Shown: positions 17,957 to 28,071 of the stretch, piece by piece
Position numbering within the stretch: position 1 is the stretch's first letter
Layout of the letters: each line of letters starts with the position of its first letter
Assembly: GCA_963667465.2 (NCBI GenBank)
Contig: CAXXDN010000001.1
Location: forward strand, 576,001 to 640,000
Reading direction: 5' to 3'
From: Dehalococcoidia bacterium
Lineage (GTDB): Bacteria; Chloroflexota; Dehalococcoidia; UBA2979
Length of the DNA: 64,000 nt
Program-made: the position numbers and the translations under genes
The notes under the pieces: generated by a model
What the model was told of the DNA's origin: nothing
What the model saw: only the letters and a program-made list of their open reading frames with translations
Database searches by the model: none

Positions 17957-18715
17957 ATGATCAACAAGGTCGTCGGCTCGTTCGACGAAGCCGTGGCGGA
18001 TGTGCCAGCCGGGGCGATGGTCCACTTCGGCGGGTTCGCGAACCCGCACAACACCCCGAACTACCTCTTCGCCGCGCTCGCTCGCCAGGGCGCGGACCAG
18101 CTGACGGGCGTCAGCACCTTCGCCGGCTACGGCGAGGAGGTGCTGCGCGCCCTCACCGAACGGCGCGGCCTCCCCTTTCCGGTCGACGGCTGGGATCTGG
18201 GCCTGATCGCGGGGCTCGGTCGGCTCCGCAAGCTGATCACAAGCTTCCCCAACGGCAACTCGCGCGAGCTGCTCTATCCCTTCGAGCACGTGCTGTGGCG
18301 CGGGGATGCCGAGGTCGAGGTGCTGGGCCAGGGCTCGATCGCGGAGCGCATCCGTTGCGCGCGCGCCGGCATTCCCGCCTTCTACACCCCTGTCGGCGTC
18401 GGCACCTTCGTCGCCGAGGGCAAGGAGGTGCGGGAGTTCGACGGCGTCCCGCACGTCCTCGAGACGGCGCTGAAGGCGGACTTCGCCCTGATCCGCGCGC
18501 ACCGCGCCGACCGCTTCGGCAACCTCGTGTTCCGCGGGCCGCGCACCTTCAACCAGACGATGGCCGGCGCCGCCGGCGTCACCGTCGCCGAGGTCGACGC
18601 GGTCGTCCCCCTCGGCGAGCTCGGTCCCGATGAGATCCACACGCCCGGCGTCTACGTGCAGCGCGTGGTGGTGCGGCCCTCGGTGCCGCTCGACGACTGG
18701 AGGGCGCCCGCATGA
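17957..18715 (+). CDS. 3-oxoacid CoA-transferase subunit A (family I)
   Basis: QGSIAERIRC.RAGIPAFYTP, ADRFGNL, IHTPGVYV. Confidence 0.9.
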   Translation: MINKVVGSFDEAVADVPAGAMVHFGGFANPHNTPNYLFAALARQGADQLTGVSTFAGYGEEVLRALTERRGLPFPVDGWDLGLIAGLGRLRKLITSFPNGNSRELLYPFEHVLWRGDAEVEVLGQGSIAERIRCARAGIPAFYTPVGVGTFVAEGKEVREFDGVPHVLETALKADFALIRAHRADRFGNLVFRGPRTFNQTMAGAAGVTVAEVDAVVPLGELGPDEIHTPGVYVQRVVVRPSVPLDDWRAPA

Positions 18716-19389
18716 GCGACAGCCCGGAGTTCCTCGACGAGTCCGTGATGGCGATGGTGGCGGCGCGCGACCTGCCGGACGGCGCGGTCGTCAACCTCGG
18801 CCTCGGCCTGCCGCTCGCGATCTCGGACTGCATCCCGCCGGACCGCGAGGTGCTGCTGCACTCGGAGCAAGGCATCCTCGGCTTCGGTCCGCGCGCTGCC
18901 GATCCGTCCGAGGTGGATGTGCTGATCATGAATGCCGGCGGGGAGCCGGTCACGCGCCCGCCGGGCATCTGCTACGTGAGCCACGACGAGTCGTTTGCGA
19001 TGATCCGAGGCGGCCACCTCGATGTCTCCGTGCTGGGCGCGTTGCAGGTTGACCAGGAGGGGAACCTCGCGAACGCCCAGATTCCCGGCAAGCCCGCGCC
19101 CGGCCTGGGCGGCGGCCAGGATCTCGCGACCTGCGCGAAGCAGGTACTGGTGGTCATGCATCATCTCGCCCCCAACGGCGCACCGAAGATCGTGGAGCGC
19201 TGCGACCTGGTGCTGACCGCCCTCGGCTGTGTTGATCGCGTGGTGACGGACGTGGGGCTGTTCGAGATCGCGGACGGGCGCGTCACGCTGCTGGAGTACG
19301 CGCCCGGCTGGACCGTCGAGCAGATCCAGGCGATCACCGGCGCCGAGCTGGCGGTCGCCGAGGATGTACGTGAGATCGTACTGAGATAA
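18712..19389 (+). CDS. 3-oxoacid CoA-transferase subunit B
   Basis: VNLGLGLP, catalytic SEQG, MIRGGHLDV; ATGA overlap with subunit A. Confidence 0.9.
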   Translation: MSDSPEFLDESVMAMVAARDLPDGAVVNLGLGLPLAISDCIPPDREVLLHSEQGILGFGPRAADPSEVDVLIMNAGGEPVTRPPGICYVSHDESFAMIRGGHLDVSVLGALQVDQEGNLANAQIPGKPAPGLGGGQDLATCAKQVLVVMHHLAPNGAPKIVERCDLVLTALGCVDRVVTDVGLFEIADGRVTLLEYAPGWTVEQIQAITGAELAVAEDVREIVLR

Positions 19390-19406
19390 GATCGCAAAGA
19401 ACCAGC

Positions 19407-20330
19407 ATGCCGCCGTTCAGAAGGGCCGAACTCGTGATCGATCGCCTGCGCAAGACTCCGCTCGTCCGGGTGGCCGCCCTCGGCGCGACGCTCCTCGTGC
19501 TGCTCGCCGCAGCCTGTGGCGACGACGCGCCCTCCAGGGACGATCCCGACGATTACACCAAGCACGTCGTGCAGGAGGCGATCGACCGTTACGAGGACGA
19601 CGGCCGCCAGGCGGTGATCGACTACTACAACACGGCCGAGAGCGTCGACGGCCAGTGGTACGTCGTCATCGCCGACGAGGAGGGCGTGATCATTTCCCAC
19701 GCGCCGACGCCCGGGAACATCGGGCGGTCGCTCTACGGCGACCTCGGCGTCGACATCACCGGCTACGCCTTCGGACCGCACATGGCTGCGGCGACGGAGA
19801 GCGGCCGCTGGATCAGCTACGTCTTCCTCAACCCGCAGAGCGGCGCGGAGGAGACGAAGCACATGTGGGTGGTGCGCCGCGACGGTCTGCTCTTCGGCTC
19901 AGGCTGGTACGAGGTCACGCCGGACGCCGGCGAGACGCCGCCCTCCCAGGCCCAGCCCGACGTCTACACGAAGTACGTCGTCCAGCAGGCGCTCGACCGC
20001 CTCGACGCGGAGGGGGCGCAGGCGACGATCGACTACTACAACTCCGCCGCGAGCGTGGACGGCCCCTGGTACGTCTTCATCTACGGCGCGGACGGCCTCA
20101 TGGTGGCGCACCCGACCCGGCCGGAGCGGATCGGGACGCACATCCAGGATCGTGAGTGGCGGACCGATGTCACGGGCTACTACTACGGCGACGTGCTCGC
20201 GAGCACTTCGGAGACCGGGCGCTGGCTGACGTACGTCTTCCACAATCCGGCGACCGGCGAGGCGCAGACCAAGCACAGCTGGGTGATCCGGCACAACGGG
20301 ATGCTCTTCGGCTCTGGCTGGTACGAGTAG
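19407..20330 (+). CDS. Lipoprotein made of two tandem Cache-like domains
   Basis: Hydrophobic stretch and LAAAC lipobox; internal duplication YTK.VVQ.A.DR...DYYN...DG.WYV...GRW..YVF.NP..G....KH.WV.R..G.LFGSGWYE. Confidence 0.8.
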   Translation: MPPFRRAELVIDRLRKTPLVRVAALGATLLVLLAAACGDDAPSRDDPDDYTKHVVQEAIDRYEDDGRQAVIDYYNTAESVDGQWYVVIADEEGVIISHAPTPGNIGRSLYGDLGVDITGYAFGPHMAAATESGRWISYVFLNPQSGAEETKHMWVVRRDGLLFGSGWYEVTPDAGETPPSQAQPDVYTKYVVQQALDRLDAEGAQATIDYYNSAASVDGPWYVFIYGADGLMVAHPTRPERIGTHIQDREWRTDVTGYYYGDVLASTSETGRWLTYVFHNPATGEAQTKHSWVIRHNGMLFGSGWYE

Positions 20331-20346
20331 CGAGGACGCGGCAGCT

Positions 20347-21288
20347 TCAGCGCTGCCCGCGGAACCACTCCACCGTGCGCGCCATGCCCTCCTCCAGGGT
20401 GGTGCGCGGCGTCCAGCCCCAGACTTCGCGGGCGCGTGACGGGTCCAGGTAGATCGCCGCGTGGTCGCCGGGGCGCTCCTCCGCGTACACGGGGGGCTTC
20501 CCGTAGCCCGTGAGCGCGGCCAGCGTGTCGAAGATGCGCTGCGTGGACGTGCCCTCGCCGGTTCCGATGACGCAGGTGGCCGGCTCGCGCCCGGCGGCGC
20601 GCAGGGCGGCCTCGACCACGTCGTCGACGTAGACGTAGTCGCGCTGCTGGCTGCCGTCGCCGAAGATCGTCACCGCCTCGCCGGCGAGCATGCGCGAAGT
20701 GAAGATCGCGACCACGCCGGACTCGCCCGCCGCATCCTGCCCCGGCCCGTAGATGTTGCCCGGCCGCAGCACGGAGAGCTCCAGGCCGAGATGGCGGCAA
20801 AGCGCCCCCAGCTCGTGCTCGGCGGCGATCTTGGAGGCGCCGTAGACCGCGTCCGGCGCAATCGGCGTGTCCTCGTTCGCCGGGAGCGATTGCGGCGCTC
20901 CGTGGAGCGCCCCGCCGGTGGAGAAGAACACGATGCGGCGCGCGCCCGCCTCGGCAGCGGCCTGCGCGACGTGCACGCTGCCCAGCACGTTGGTCAGCAC
21001 GTCCGTCGCCGGGTCGCGCATCGAGACCGGCACCGAGGCCTGCGCCGCGAGGTGGAAGACAACCTCCGGCTGCGCCTCGGCGACGGTCGCGCGAGTGCCG
21101 GCGAGGTCGCGGATGTCGCCGAGGTACTCGCTGACGCCCTCGGGCGGCGGGTCCGCTGCGCCGCCCGGCGAGGCGAGCGAAAGACCGCTGACGCGCCAGC
21201 CGTCGCTGGCGAGCCGCCGCACAAGGTGGCGGCCGACGAAGCCCGACGAGCCGGTAACCAGCGCACTCCCCCGACGTTCCGTGCTCAC
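20347..21288 (-). CDS. NAD-dependent epimerase/dehydratase (GalE-like)
   Basis: VTGSSGFVG, FHLAAQ, STGGA, YGASK, NIYGPGQ, QRDYVYVDDV. Confidence 0.92.
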   Translation of the reverse strand: MSTERRGSALVTGSSGFVGRHLVRRLASDGWRVSGLSLASPGGAADPPPEGVSEYLGDIRDLAGTRATVAEAQPEVVFHLAAQASVPVSMRDPATDVLTNVLGSVHVAQAAAEAGARRIVFFSTGGALHGAPQSLPANEDTPIAPDAVYGASKIAAEHELGALCRHLGLELSVLRPGNIYGPGQDAAGESGVVAIFTSRMLAGEAVTIFGDGSQQRDYVYVDDVVEAALRAAGREPATCVIGTGEGTSTQRIFDTLAALTGYGKPPVYAEERPGDHAAIYLDPSRAREVWGWTPRTTLEEGMARTVEWFRGQR

Positions 21289-21459
21289 ATGTGCTCCCGG
21301 TCTTCGCGTTCGCCGCGTTCGTGTTCGCGCCGGACGGTCGCTACCCTGTGGGCCGCCGCGGCGTCGAGCCCACTCATCGCGCCCTCTAGCGTCATGGACG
21401 GGACGCGAACAGGGTAGGGTGTCGCGGCGCGGCGCGATGCAGGACGAGAGAGGGCGCGC

Positions 21460-22521
21460 ATGCTCGACGACCCGGCCCTGCGCGATCGCGTGGACCCGAG
21501 CGGCTTCTGGCAGCTGATCGCCGGTCTGCCCCGGCACGCCCGGGCGGCCCGGGCGCTGGGTCGCGACTGCCCGCTGCCCGATGACTTCAGCCGCCCCCGG
21601 CGCGTCGTCATCCTCGCGATGGGCGGGTCGGCGATCGGCGGCGACGTCGTCGCGACGGTCACGGAGCACCTTGGTTCGATACCGGCCGAGGTCGTGCGTG
21701 ACTACGCCGCGCCGCCGGTCGGGGAGGGTGCGTTGCTGGTGGCCTGCTCCTTCTCCGGAGACACGGAGGAGGTGATCTCGGCCTTCTCGGCGCAACTCGG
21801 CGGTCCCGGCATGCGGCTGGCGCTGACGACCGGTGGCCCGCTGGCCGCCATCGCCACGGCTCACGCGGTGCCGCTGATCACGTACGACTTCGAGGGTCCG
21901 CCGCGGACCGCGCTCGGCTACAGCGTGCTCCCGCTCCTGGAGGTGCTGCGCCGCCTCAGTGCGGTGACCCTGGACGACGACGCCATCGAGCGAGCGCTGG
22001 GCGCCCTCGAACGCTGTGGCGAAGTCTGGGGTCCGCAGCAGCCGACGCCGTCGAACACGGCGAAGCAGATCGCGCTGCGGGTGCGTGAGCGGCTGCCCTA
22101 CATCGTCGGCGGCGACGTGCTCGCGGTGGCGGCGCGCCGCTGGGCGGGGCAGCTCGCGGAGAACGCGAAACAGTGGGCCTTCGCCGGCGCGCTGCCGGAG
22201 GCCGACCACAACACGATCGTCGCGCTCGAGCGGCAGCAGGCGGCCTCTGGCGCGCTCCACGTCGTGCTCCTCGATGGTCCGGCCATGGACGCGCGGAACC
22301 GCCGGCGCGTGCAGCTGACCGCCCGGGAACTCGACGCGGCGGGCGTTGCGCACGAGATCGTCGCCATCGAAGCGCAGGACCCGCTGGGCGCGGTCCTCGA
22401 GGCCTGCCAGCTTGGCGACTGGGTGTCGTACTACGTCGCGCTGCTGCACGGCGTGGACCCCTTGCCCACGCCGATCCTCGAGCGCGTGAAGGTCGCGATG
22501 GCCAACGGGGCAGTGGAGTAG
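21460..22521 (+). CDS. Bifunctional phosphoglucose/phosphomannose isomerase (SIS)
   Basis: MGGSAIGGD, SFSGDTEE, PPRTA, ENAK, PEADHN, GDWVSYY. Confidence 0.9.
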   Translation: MLDDPALRDRVDPSGFWQLIAGLPRHARAARALGRDCPLPDDFSRPRRVVILAMGGSAIGGDVVATVTEHLGSIPAEVVRDYAAPPVGEGALLVACSFSGDTEEVISAFSAQLGGPGMRLALTTGGPLAAIATAHAVPLITYDFEGPPRTALGYSVLPLLEVLRRLSAVTLDDDAIERALGALERCGEVWGPQQPTPSNTAKQIALRVRERLPYIVGGDVLAVAARRWAGQLAENAKQWAFAGALPEADHNTIVALERQQAASGALHVVLLDGPAMDARNRRRVQLTARELDAAGVAHEIVAIEAQDPLGAVLEACQLGDWVSYYVALLHGVDPLPTPILERVKVAMANGAVE

Positions 22522-22728
22522 TCGTTCTCCCCCGCGACGCGCCCCCGGGTCGCGGCCGCTCGCGGCGTGATGGGGGCTGGCACGGCTGGGGCTGGACAAG
22601 TATGGCACTATGCGCGGGAAGGAACCGGGCGTCCTCGCGGCATGGGCGTCCGGAATCTGAATCCATGGGTCTGCCTGTGGCGGGGGTCTGCCTCTGGCGG
22701 GCTGATGCATCGTGCGAGGGGGGCGCGG

Positions 22729-22917
22729 ATGACATCAGAGGCAAGGAATGGGACCGGCACGAGTCACGTCCATCACTGGATGTTGTCCGAGCCTTCGGGT
22801 GGCGAAGTCCCGGGTCGCTGCAAGGGCTGCGGCGAGGAACGCGGATTCCCCGCGAACCCGTCCAACCCGTACTTGCGCGGTCTGGCCAAGAAACGCCCGA
22901 CGGGTCGCCCAAGCTAG
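22729..22917 (+). CDS. Small putative zinc-binding protein (HxHHW...CxxC)
   Basis: HVHHWML...GRCKGCGEERGF; GAGGGG upstream. Confidence 0.65.
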   Translation: MTSEARNGTGTSHVHHWMLSEPSGGEVPGRCKGCGEERGFPANPSNPYLRGLAKKRPTGRPS

Positions 22918-23210
22918 CGAGCCCGACGCCCGAACGCCCGGAAGTCGCGAGGCGCCCCGGCGCCCTTCGCGGACTCCGTCCCCAAATCGAGGCGCCTCGT
23001 GCGCCTCATCATGCTGCCCTGATCCCACGCCCGACCTTCGCCCCGAAGCGGTCCGTGCTGCGCCCGCTCCTCCTCACCCCCGGCCTCGGATTTGCCGCGC
23101 CGGGCTCCTCACACCCGTCGCTCCCGCATCCCGCCTCCCGTCGCCGCTGCCTCGCACCCGAGCCGGGCTGACCCGGGGCACTCAAACGCCGTAGCGCGCA
23201 CCCGAGGACA

Positions 23211-23262
23211 CCTGCGGCTTACACCCTCGCGAGCACGCGCAACGGCACGCTCTACATCGGCC
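23211..23262 (+). pseudogene. N-terminal remnant of a GIY-YIG nuclease
   Basis: Translates PAAYTLASTRNGTLYIG, matching the YILASxRNGTLYIG start of small GIY-YIG proteins; no start codon or continuation. Confidence 0.7.
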
Positions 23263-23355
23263 GCCCGCGCCTGGCGGGACCGCTAGCGGGAGATCCTGTC
23301 GGGCTGCGACGCAATCCTCGCCGATAGCGTCCGCCGCCGACCCGGCTGGATCCGG

Positions 23356-25686
23356 CTAGTCGAAGCGGAGGGCGCGCGCCCGGATCTCGTCGATGGAGAG
23401 CGCCAGCGCGCCCGGCGCGAGGTCGCCGGGCGTGTAGGTGACGGAGGTGAGCCGGCCGCTGTAGGGGAACGGGCCGTGCCGCTCGTACAGCTCCCACGAG
23501 ACGGGCGACCGCCGGTCGATGCCGATGTTGATGCCCTCGAAGGGCGCGAGCGGATGGAGCTGCACGAGGTCCTCGACCGTGCCGCGCGATTCCCCGTTGA
23601 CCCGAAGCTCGACGGCGCCGCGGTTCCGCGGCAGCGCGGTGAACTCGAACACCACCTCGAGCTCGCCCTCCGGCAGGGCGCCGCCGGCGATCTCCGACAT
23701 CGCGCTGTACCCGTTGTAGACGAAGAAGACCTCGTCACCCTCGACGTAGAGCACGTAGCCGCCGCCCTGCGCGCCGTGCGCGACGATCACGCCCGCGTCG
23801 CCTGCCGCGTAGCGGAAGCGCGAGCTGACCGTGAACGAGCGCCGGCCCGTGAGCTGCAGCGAGCGGTCGCGCTCGAGGGTCGGCGTGCCTGGGTAGATGG
23901 TCAGCGGTTCGGCCAGCAGCTCATCCTCGGGCGGCCGGAGCAACTGCTTCAGGCCGCTGTGGTCGTCGAGCGGGAAGACCTGGTTGTCGAGCGCTGCCCG
24001 TTCCCAGGCGTCGGCCAACTCGCGCAGCTTCTCCGGGTGCTCACCCGCGCGGTCGTGGAGCTCGGTCGGGTCGTCGCGGAGGTCGTAGAGCTCCCACTCC
24101 TCGTCGCTGTAGGGCTCGCCGCGCTGGTGCAGCGTGACCGCGCTCCAGCCGTCGCGGTAGTAGCCACGGTTGCCGACATTCTCGTAGAGCTGCTCCGGGT
24201 GCGCCGAGGCGGCCAACTCGTCCGCGAGGCTCTCCGCGAAGCTCGCGCCGGCCGGCGCGGGCGTGGACTCGTCCTCGGGCTCGGGCGGCGCCTCGGCGCC
24301 GGCCAGTTCGAGGATCGTCGGCAGGAGGTCGGTGACGTGGGCGTACTGCCGCCGCCGCTCGCCGCCGCCGCCGATGCCCTTCGGCCAGGAGATGATGAAC
24401 GGCACCTGGTGGCCGCCGGCATGCGTGGTGCTCTTGTAGAGCCGGAATGGCGTGTTCCCGGCCATCGCCCAGCCGCGCGGATAGTGCGGCCACGACCGCG
24501 GGCCGCCCAGCAGGTCCAGCTTCGCGTAATCGCGGTCGAGGTCGGCCGCGGCCCGCGCGAAGGCGGCCAGGTACTCGGTCGTGCCACTGGTCTCGCCCTC
24601 GCGCGAGGCGCCGTTGTCCGAGGTGAAGATCACCACTGTGTTTTCGCGCTCGCCCAGTTCCTCGAGCGCGGCCATCAGGCGCCCGAAGTTCTGGTCGATG
24701 TTGTCGACCATCGCCGCGTACAGCTCCTCGTAGCGCGCGAACAGTTCCTGCTCGCGGGGGTCGAGCTCGTCCCAGGGGCTCACGGCGTACTCGCGCTCGT
24801 GGTTCCTCGGCGCCAGCGCGGCGTCCTCGGGAATCACGCCGAGCTCGAGCTGGCGCCGGTAGCGCGCCTCGCGCACGGCGTCCCAGCCGCCGTCGAAGAC
24901 GCCCCGGTACTTCGCGATGTCGTCGGGCTTGGCGTGCAGCGGGGCGTGCGGCGCGCCGTGGGCGAAGTAGAGGAGGAACGGCTGGCCCGGGTTCGCCGCC
25001 TTCTGCTCGCGGATCATGCGGATCGCGCGGTCGGTCGCGTCGTCCGTGAAGTAGTAGCCGTCCGGGTAGCGATCGGTCTCGATGCGGGCGTTGTCCACCA
25101 TCAGCTCGTTGGGCATGTGCAGGTTGGTGAACGGGCCGAGGAAGCCGAAGTAGCGGTCGAAGCCGCGCTGCACCGGCCAGGAGTGCATCCGCTGGAAGGG
25201 CGAGAGCGCGGTGTCCTTGGCGAGGTGCCACTTCCCGACCATCATCGTCGCGTAGCCGGCGCCGCGGAGGATCTCGGCCAGCGTCGGCGTGTTCCCGGCG
25301 AGCTCCATCGCGTAGCCGGGGAAACCGGGGTCGGCGTGCGCCACCCAGCCAACACCGACTGCGTGGGAGTTGCGGCCCGTCAGCAGCGCCGCCCGCGTTG
25401 GCGAGCACATCGGCGTGACGTGGAAGTTCGTGTAGCGCAGGCCCTCGGCGGCGAGGCGGTCGAGGTGCGGCGTCTCGATCTCGGAGCCGTAGCAGCCGAG
25501 GTCGGCGAACCCGAGGTCGTCGGCGAGCATGATCACGACGTTCGGGGCGCCCTCGGGCGCCGTGCGGCGCGGCGGCCACCACGACTGCGACGCGGCGATC
25601 GTGCGGCCGATCGTGCCCTGGAATCCCGCGTAGGCACTGGCCCGCGGGCTGGCGTCCTGTTGTGTCCGGAGATCCTCGGTCGTCAT
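23356..25686 (-). CDS. Arylsulfatase (Cys-type, formylglycine-dependent)
   Basis: [36 protein letters not shown]. Confidence 0.95.
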   Translation of the reverse strand: MTTEDLRTQQDASPRASAYAGFQGTIGRTIAASQSWWPPRRTAPEGAPNVVIMLADDLGFADLGCYGSEIETPHLDRLAAEGLRYTNFHVTPMCSPTRAALLTGRNSHAVGVGWVAHADPGFPGYAMELAGNTPTLAEILRGAGYATMMVGKWHLAKDTALSPFQRMHSWPVQRGFDRYFGFLGPFTNLHMPNELMVDNARIETDRYPDGYYFTDDATDRAIRMIREQKAANPGQPFLLYFAHGAPHAPLHAKPDDIAKYRGVFDGGWDAVREARYRRQLELGVIPEDAALAPRNHEREYAVSPWDELDPREQELFARYEELYAAMVDNIDQNFGRLMAALEELGERENTVVIFTSDNGASREGETSGTTEYLAAFARAAADLDRDYAKLDLLGGPRSWPHYPRGWAMAGNTPFRLYKSTTHAGGHQVPFIISWPKGIGGGGERRRQYAHVTDLLPTILELAGAEAPPEPEDESTPAPAGASFAESLADELAASAHPEQLYENVGNRGYYRDGWSAVTLHQRGEPYSDEEWELYDLRDDPTELHDRAGEHPEKLRELADAWERAALDNQVFPLDDHSGLKQLLRPPEDELLAEPLTIYPGTPTLERDRSLQLTGRRSFTVSSRFRYAAGDAGVIVAHGAQGGGYVLYVEGDEVFFVYNGYSAMSEIAGGALPEGELEVVFEFTALPRNRGAVELRVNGESRGTVEDLVQLHPLAPFEGINIGIDRRSPVSWELYERHGPFPYSGRLTSVTYTPGDLAPGALALSIDEIRARALRFD

Positions 25687-26207
25687 GCTCGCCTCCTGTC
25701 GCCGGCCGGAGCCGCCTCGCAGAGACGGCGCAGGCTCCACATTGCCTCCAGGTCACGCTCATTGATCTCGTGGACAAACTGATCGAGCGGTAGCTCCCCG
25801 CGATGGCGGTGGACGCCGTGATGCTCCCAGGCTGGTCCGGCCCACTGCAGCGTCCACAGCAGCTCCTCGCGCAGCGAGGCGAACCCGTAGAGGAGATCGC
25901 GGAACTCCTCGAGGCGGTAGCGGCGCTCGCCCGGCCCCAGGTGCGCGCGGCGCTCCGGGAGCGGAGCGCCGGAGCGGTCGCAGATCGCCTGCACCGCGCG
26001 CAGGTCTTCCGCCTCCGAGTCCCGCAGGAAGCCGACGATCTCGAGGATCGACCAGTCCTCGCGCAGCCCGGCCTCCTGCGGCGGGCGGCGCGTCAGGATC
26101 GACTCGTCGAGTCCCCAGGTGAGTTGCTGGACCTCGTGCGCGACCTCGCGCAGGGCCTTCAGCAGCCAGCGCTGGTTCGAACCGTAACGCCTCGACGAGC
26201 TCGGCAC
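25683..26207 (-). CDS. DinB-like family protein
   Basis: [13 protein letters not shown] and HEINERDLE resemble DinB helices with the metal His residues replaced; 4-bp overlap with the sulfatase. Confidence 0.6.
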   Translation of the reverse strand: MPSSSRRYGSNQRWLLKALREVAHEVQQLTWGLDESILTRRPPQEAGLREDWSILEIVGFLRDSEAEDLRAVQAICDRSGAPLPERRAHLGPGERRYRLEEFRDLLYGFASLREELLWTLQWAGPAWEHHGVHRHRGELPLDQFVHEINERDLEAMWSLRRLCEAAPAGDRRRA

Positions 26208-26325
26208 GGCGCGATCGTTGGCCGTGCCGATCGGCTTGTCAACCGCACTCGGGCGCGGGTGGCGCCGCCCGCGCGTTGACCGCGGGGGCGATCCGGGCGA
26301 GGCTCGCGCACGGGGCCCCAACGAC

Positions 26326-27159
26326 GTGAGCGCGGACTCGCTGCCATACACGGTCCTGATCCTGATCGCCGAACTGGCCGTCGGTTCGCTCGTCTTCGTC
26401 ACCTGGTTCGACGCGCGCGGGATGGTTACGCGCGGCTACGTGCAGACCGGCGCGGCGATCGTCGTGCCCTCTGCCGTGATCGCGTTGCTGATCGCCTTCA
26501 ACCTGGACCCGCAGGCGGGGATCGACGGTTACACGCTGCGCGGCGACACGCTCGAGGGCCTGCGCGTGGTGCTGGTGATCTTCACCGTCGTGGGTGGCGT
26601 GCACCTGGTAGCGGCGTTCACGGAGCGCGCCGCGCTGGCGCGCCTGCTCGGCTGGGGCGGTGGCGCGGTGGGCGTGGTCGCGATCGTGCTGCTTGCGGCG
26701 CTGGTCTCCGCGCCGGCCTGGTCCTACGCCGGTGTGCTGGCCAGCATGCTCGTCTCGGCGCTGGTCCTCGGCGGCTCGCTGATGGCGATGAGCTGGGGGC
26801 ACTGGTACCTGACGAACTCGGGGCTGCCCAAGGAGCCGCTCGAGCAGATGTCGCTGCTGGTCCTCGGGGCGCTGATCGCGCAGGCGCTGCTCATCGTGGC
26901 CGGGGCCGCCGCACCGGTGCGCGAGACGCCGCTGACGCAAGGTGCGTTCGGCGTCTCACTCGGCGAAAACCCGGCCTTCTGGTTCCGCGTCGGCGTGGGT
27001 CTGCTCTTCCCGCTCGTCCTCGCCTGGCTCGCCTGGAAGGCGGCGACGATCCGGGGAATGATGTCCGCCACCGGCTTGCTCTACATCGCCGTCGGCGCGG
27101 TCCTCGCGGGCGAGGTGCTCGCGCGCGGCCTGCTCTTCGCCACCGGCGCCGCCGTCTAG
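26326..27159 (+). CDS. Multi-pass membrane protein (GHWYL / SATGLLY motifs)
   Basis: About 8 hydrophobic segments; MSWGHWYL and MSATGLLY. Confidence 0.75.
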   Translation: MSADSLPYTVLILIAELAVGSLVFVTWFDARGMVTRGYVQTGAAIVVPSAVIALLIAFNLDPQAGIDGYTLRGDTLEGLRVVLVIFTVVGGVHLVAAFTERAALARLLGWGGGAVGVVAIVLLAALVSAPAWSYAGVLASMLVSALVLGGSLMAMSWGHWYLTNSGLPKEPLEQMSLLVLGALIAQALLIVAGAAAPVRETPLTQGAFGVSLGENPAFWFRVGVGLLFPLVLAWLAWKAATIRGMMSATGLLYIAVGAVLAGEVLARGLLFATGAAV

Positions 27160-27349
27160 TCTGTCCTTCGCCCCGGACCACCGCGCGGTCGCACCCTCGA
27201 GGCCTGCTCGTGGGGCATACAATCAGCGGCACGTCCGGCTGCGGATCGGAGGGGCTCCCCTTGGCCGACGCACACGTCGGCAGCGAGCCAGTCCCCCTGC
27301 GGCTCGGCCGTACCGAGGCGACGCGCCCGCGGGACGCCTCCTGCGCACA

Positions 27350-27500
27350 GGCCGTCGGCGATTCGCGCACGGAGCGGATGGCGCCGGGGGACGGCCGTGC
27401 GCTTGAGCAGCGCTACGACCGCTGGTACATCCTCGTCTACCCGGTCGCGCTGCGCGTCGTGCGCGACCAGCTGCTGGCGGAGGACGTCGTGCAGGCGTGA
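27350..27500 (+). pseudogene. ECF sigma factor (SigK-like) N-terminal remnant
   Basis: GDGRALEQRYDRW..LVYPVALRVVRDQLLAEDVVQ* matches ECF region 2 up to AEDVVQE, then stops. Confidence 0.7.
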
Positions 27501-27688
27501 ACGGGGTCTCGGCGGGCACGTTCCTGCACGTCGCCCTCGGGCGTCGGGCAGGTGTCCTGATCGAGGTGGGCGTCGCGTTAGCGCCGCGCATCGTGATCGT
27601 CACGCCCACGCAGCCGGACGGGGCGGATGGGCCGCAACCGCCGATCGTGCTGAGCGGCGACTCACGCCCTGACCTGTGCGTCGGGTGA
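27497..27688 (+). pseudogene. Possible anti-sigma (RskA-like) C-terminal remnant
   Basis: IVIVTPTQPDGADGPQPPIVLSG resembles the VTxEPxGGSxxPTxPIVLxG tail of RskA proteins. Confidence 0.4.
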
Positions 27689-27725
27689 GCCCGCACGCCG
27701 AGCTTGAACCTGCGGGAGGGTCGAC

Positions 27726-28046
27726 ATGGAGGCAGGTAACGTAGTGGCGATGTTCCTCGAGGAGACGCGGTTCACCTCGCGGGAAGAGTGGGAGCAGGCC
27801 TGCGCCGGCGTGTGGGATGACGCGCTGGCGGAGCTGCGGACGAACCCCGGCTTCAAGGGGCTTGCCGCGTTCTGGGCCGATGACGCTACGGCGCGCGGCG
27901 GCGTCATGGGCCTGTGGGATTCGCTGGAGCACCGGCTGCGCTACGAGGCCCGGTCGGCTGGTACCGTGCGCGCGCTCTTCGATCCGTTCTTCACACGCGG
28001 CCCGCGCCGCCCCCGCCTCCACGTCACCAACGCCACGCTGGAGTAA
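27726..28046 (+). CDS. Small hypothetical protein, possibly ABM/dimeric alpha-beta barrel
   Basis: GGAGGG SD; PGFKG...GLWDSLE pattern. Confidence 0.65.
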   Translation: MEAGNVVAMFLEETRFTSREEWEQACAGVWDDALAELRTNPGFKGLAAFWADDATARGGVMGLWDSLEHRLRYEARSAGTVRALFDPFFTRGPRRPRLHVTNATLE

Positions 28047-28071
28047 CCGGGCCGCCCGGCGACGACCAGCG

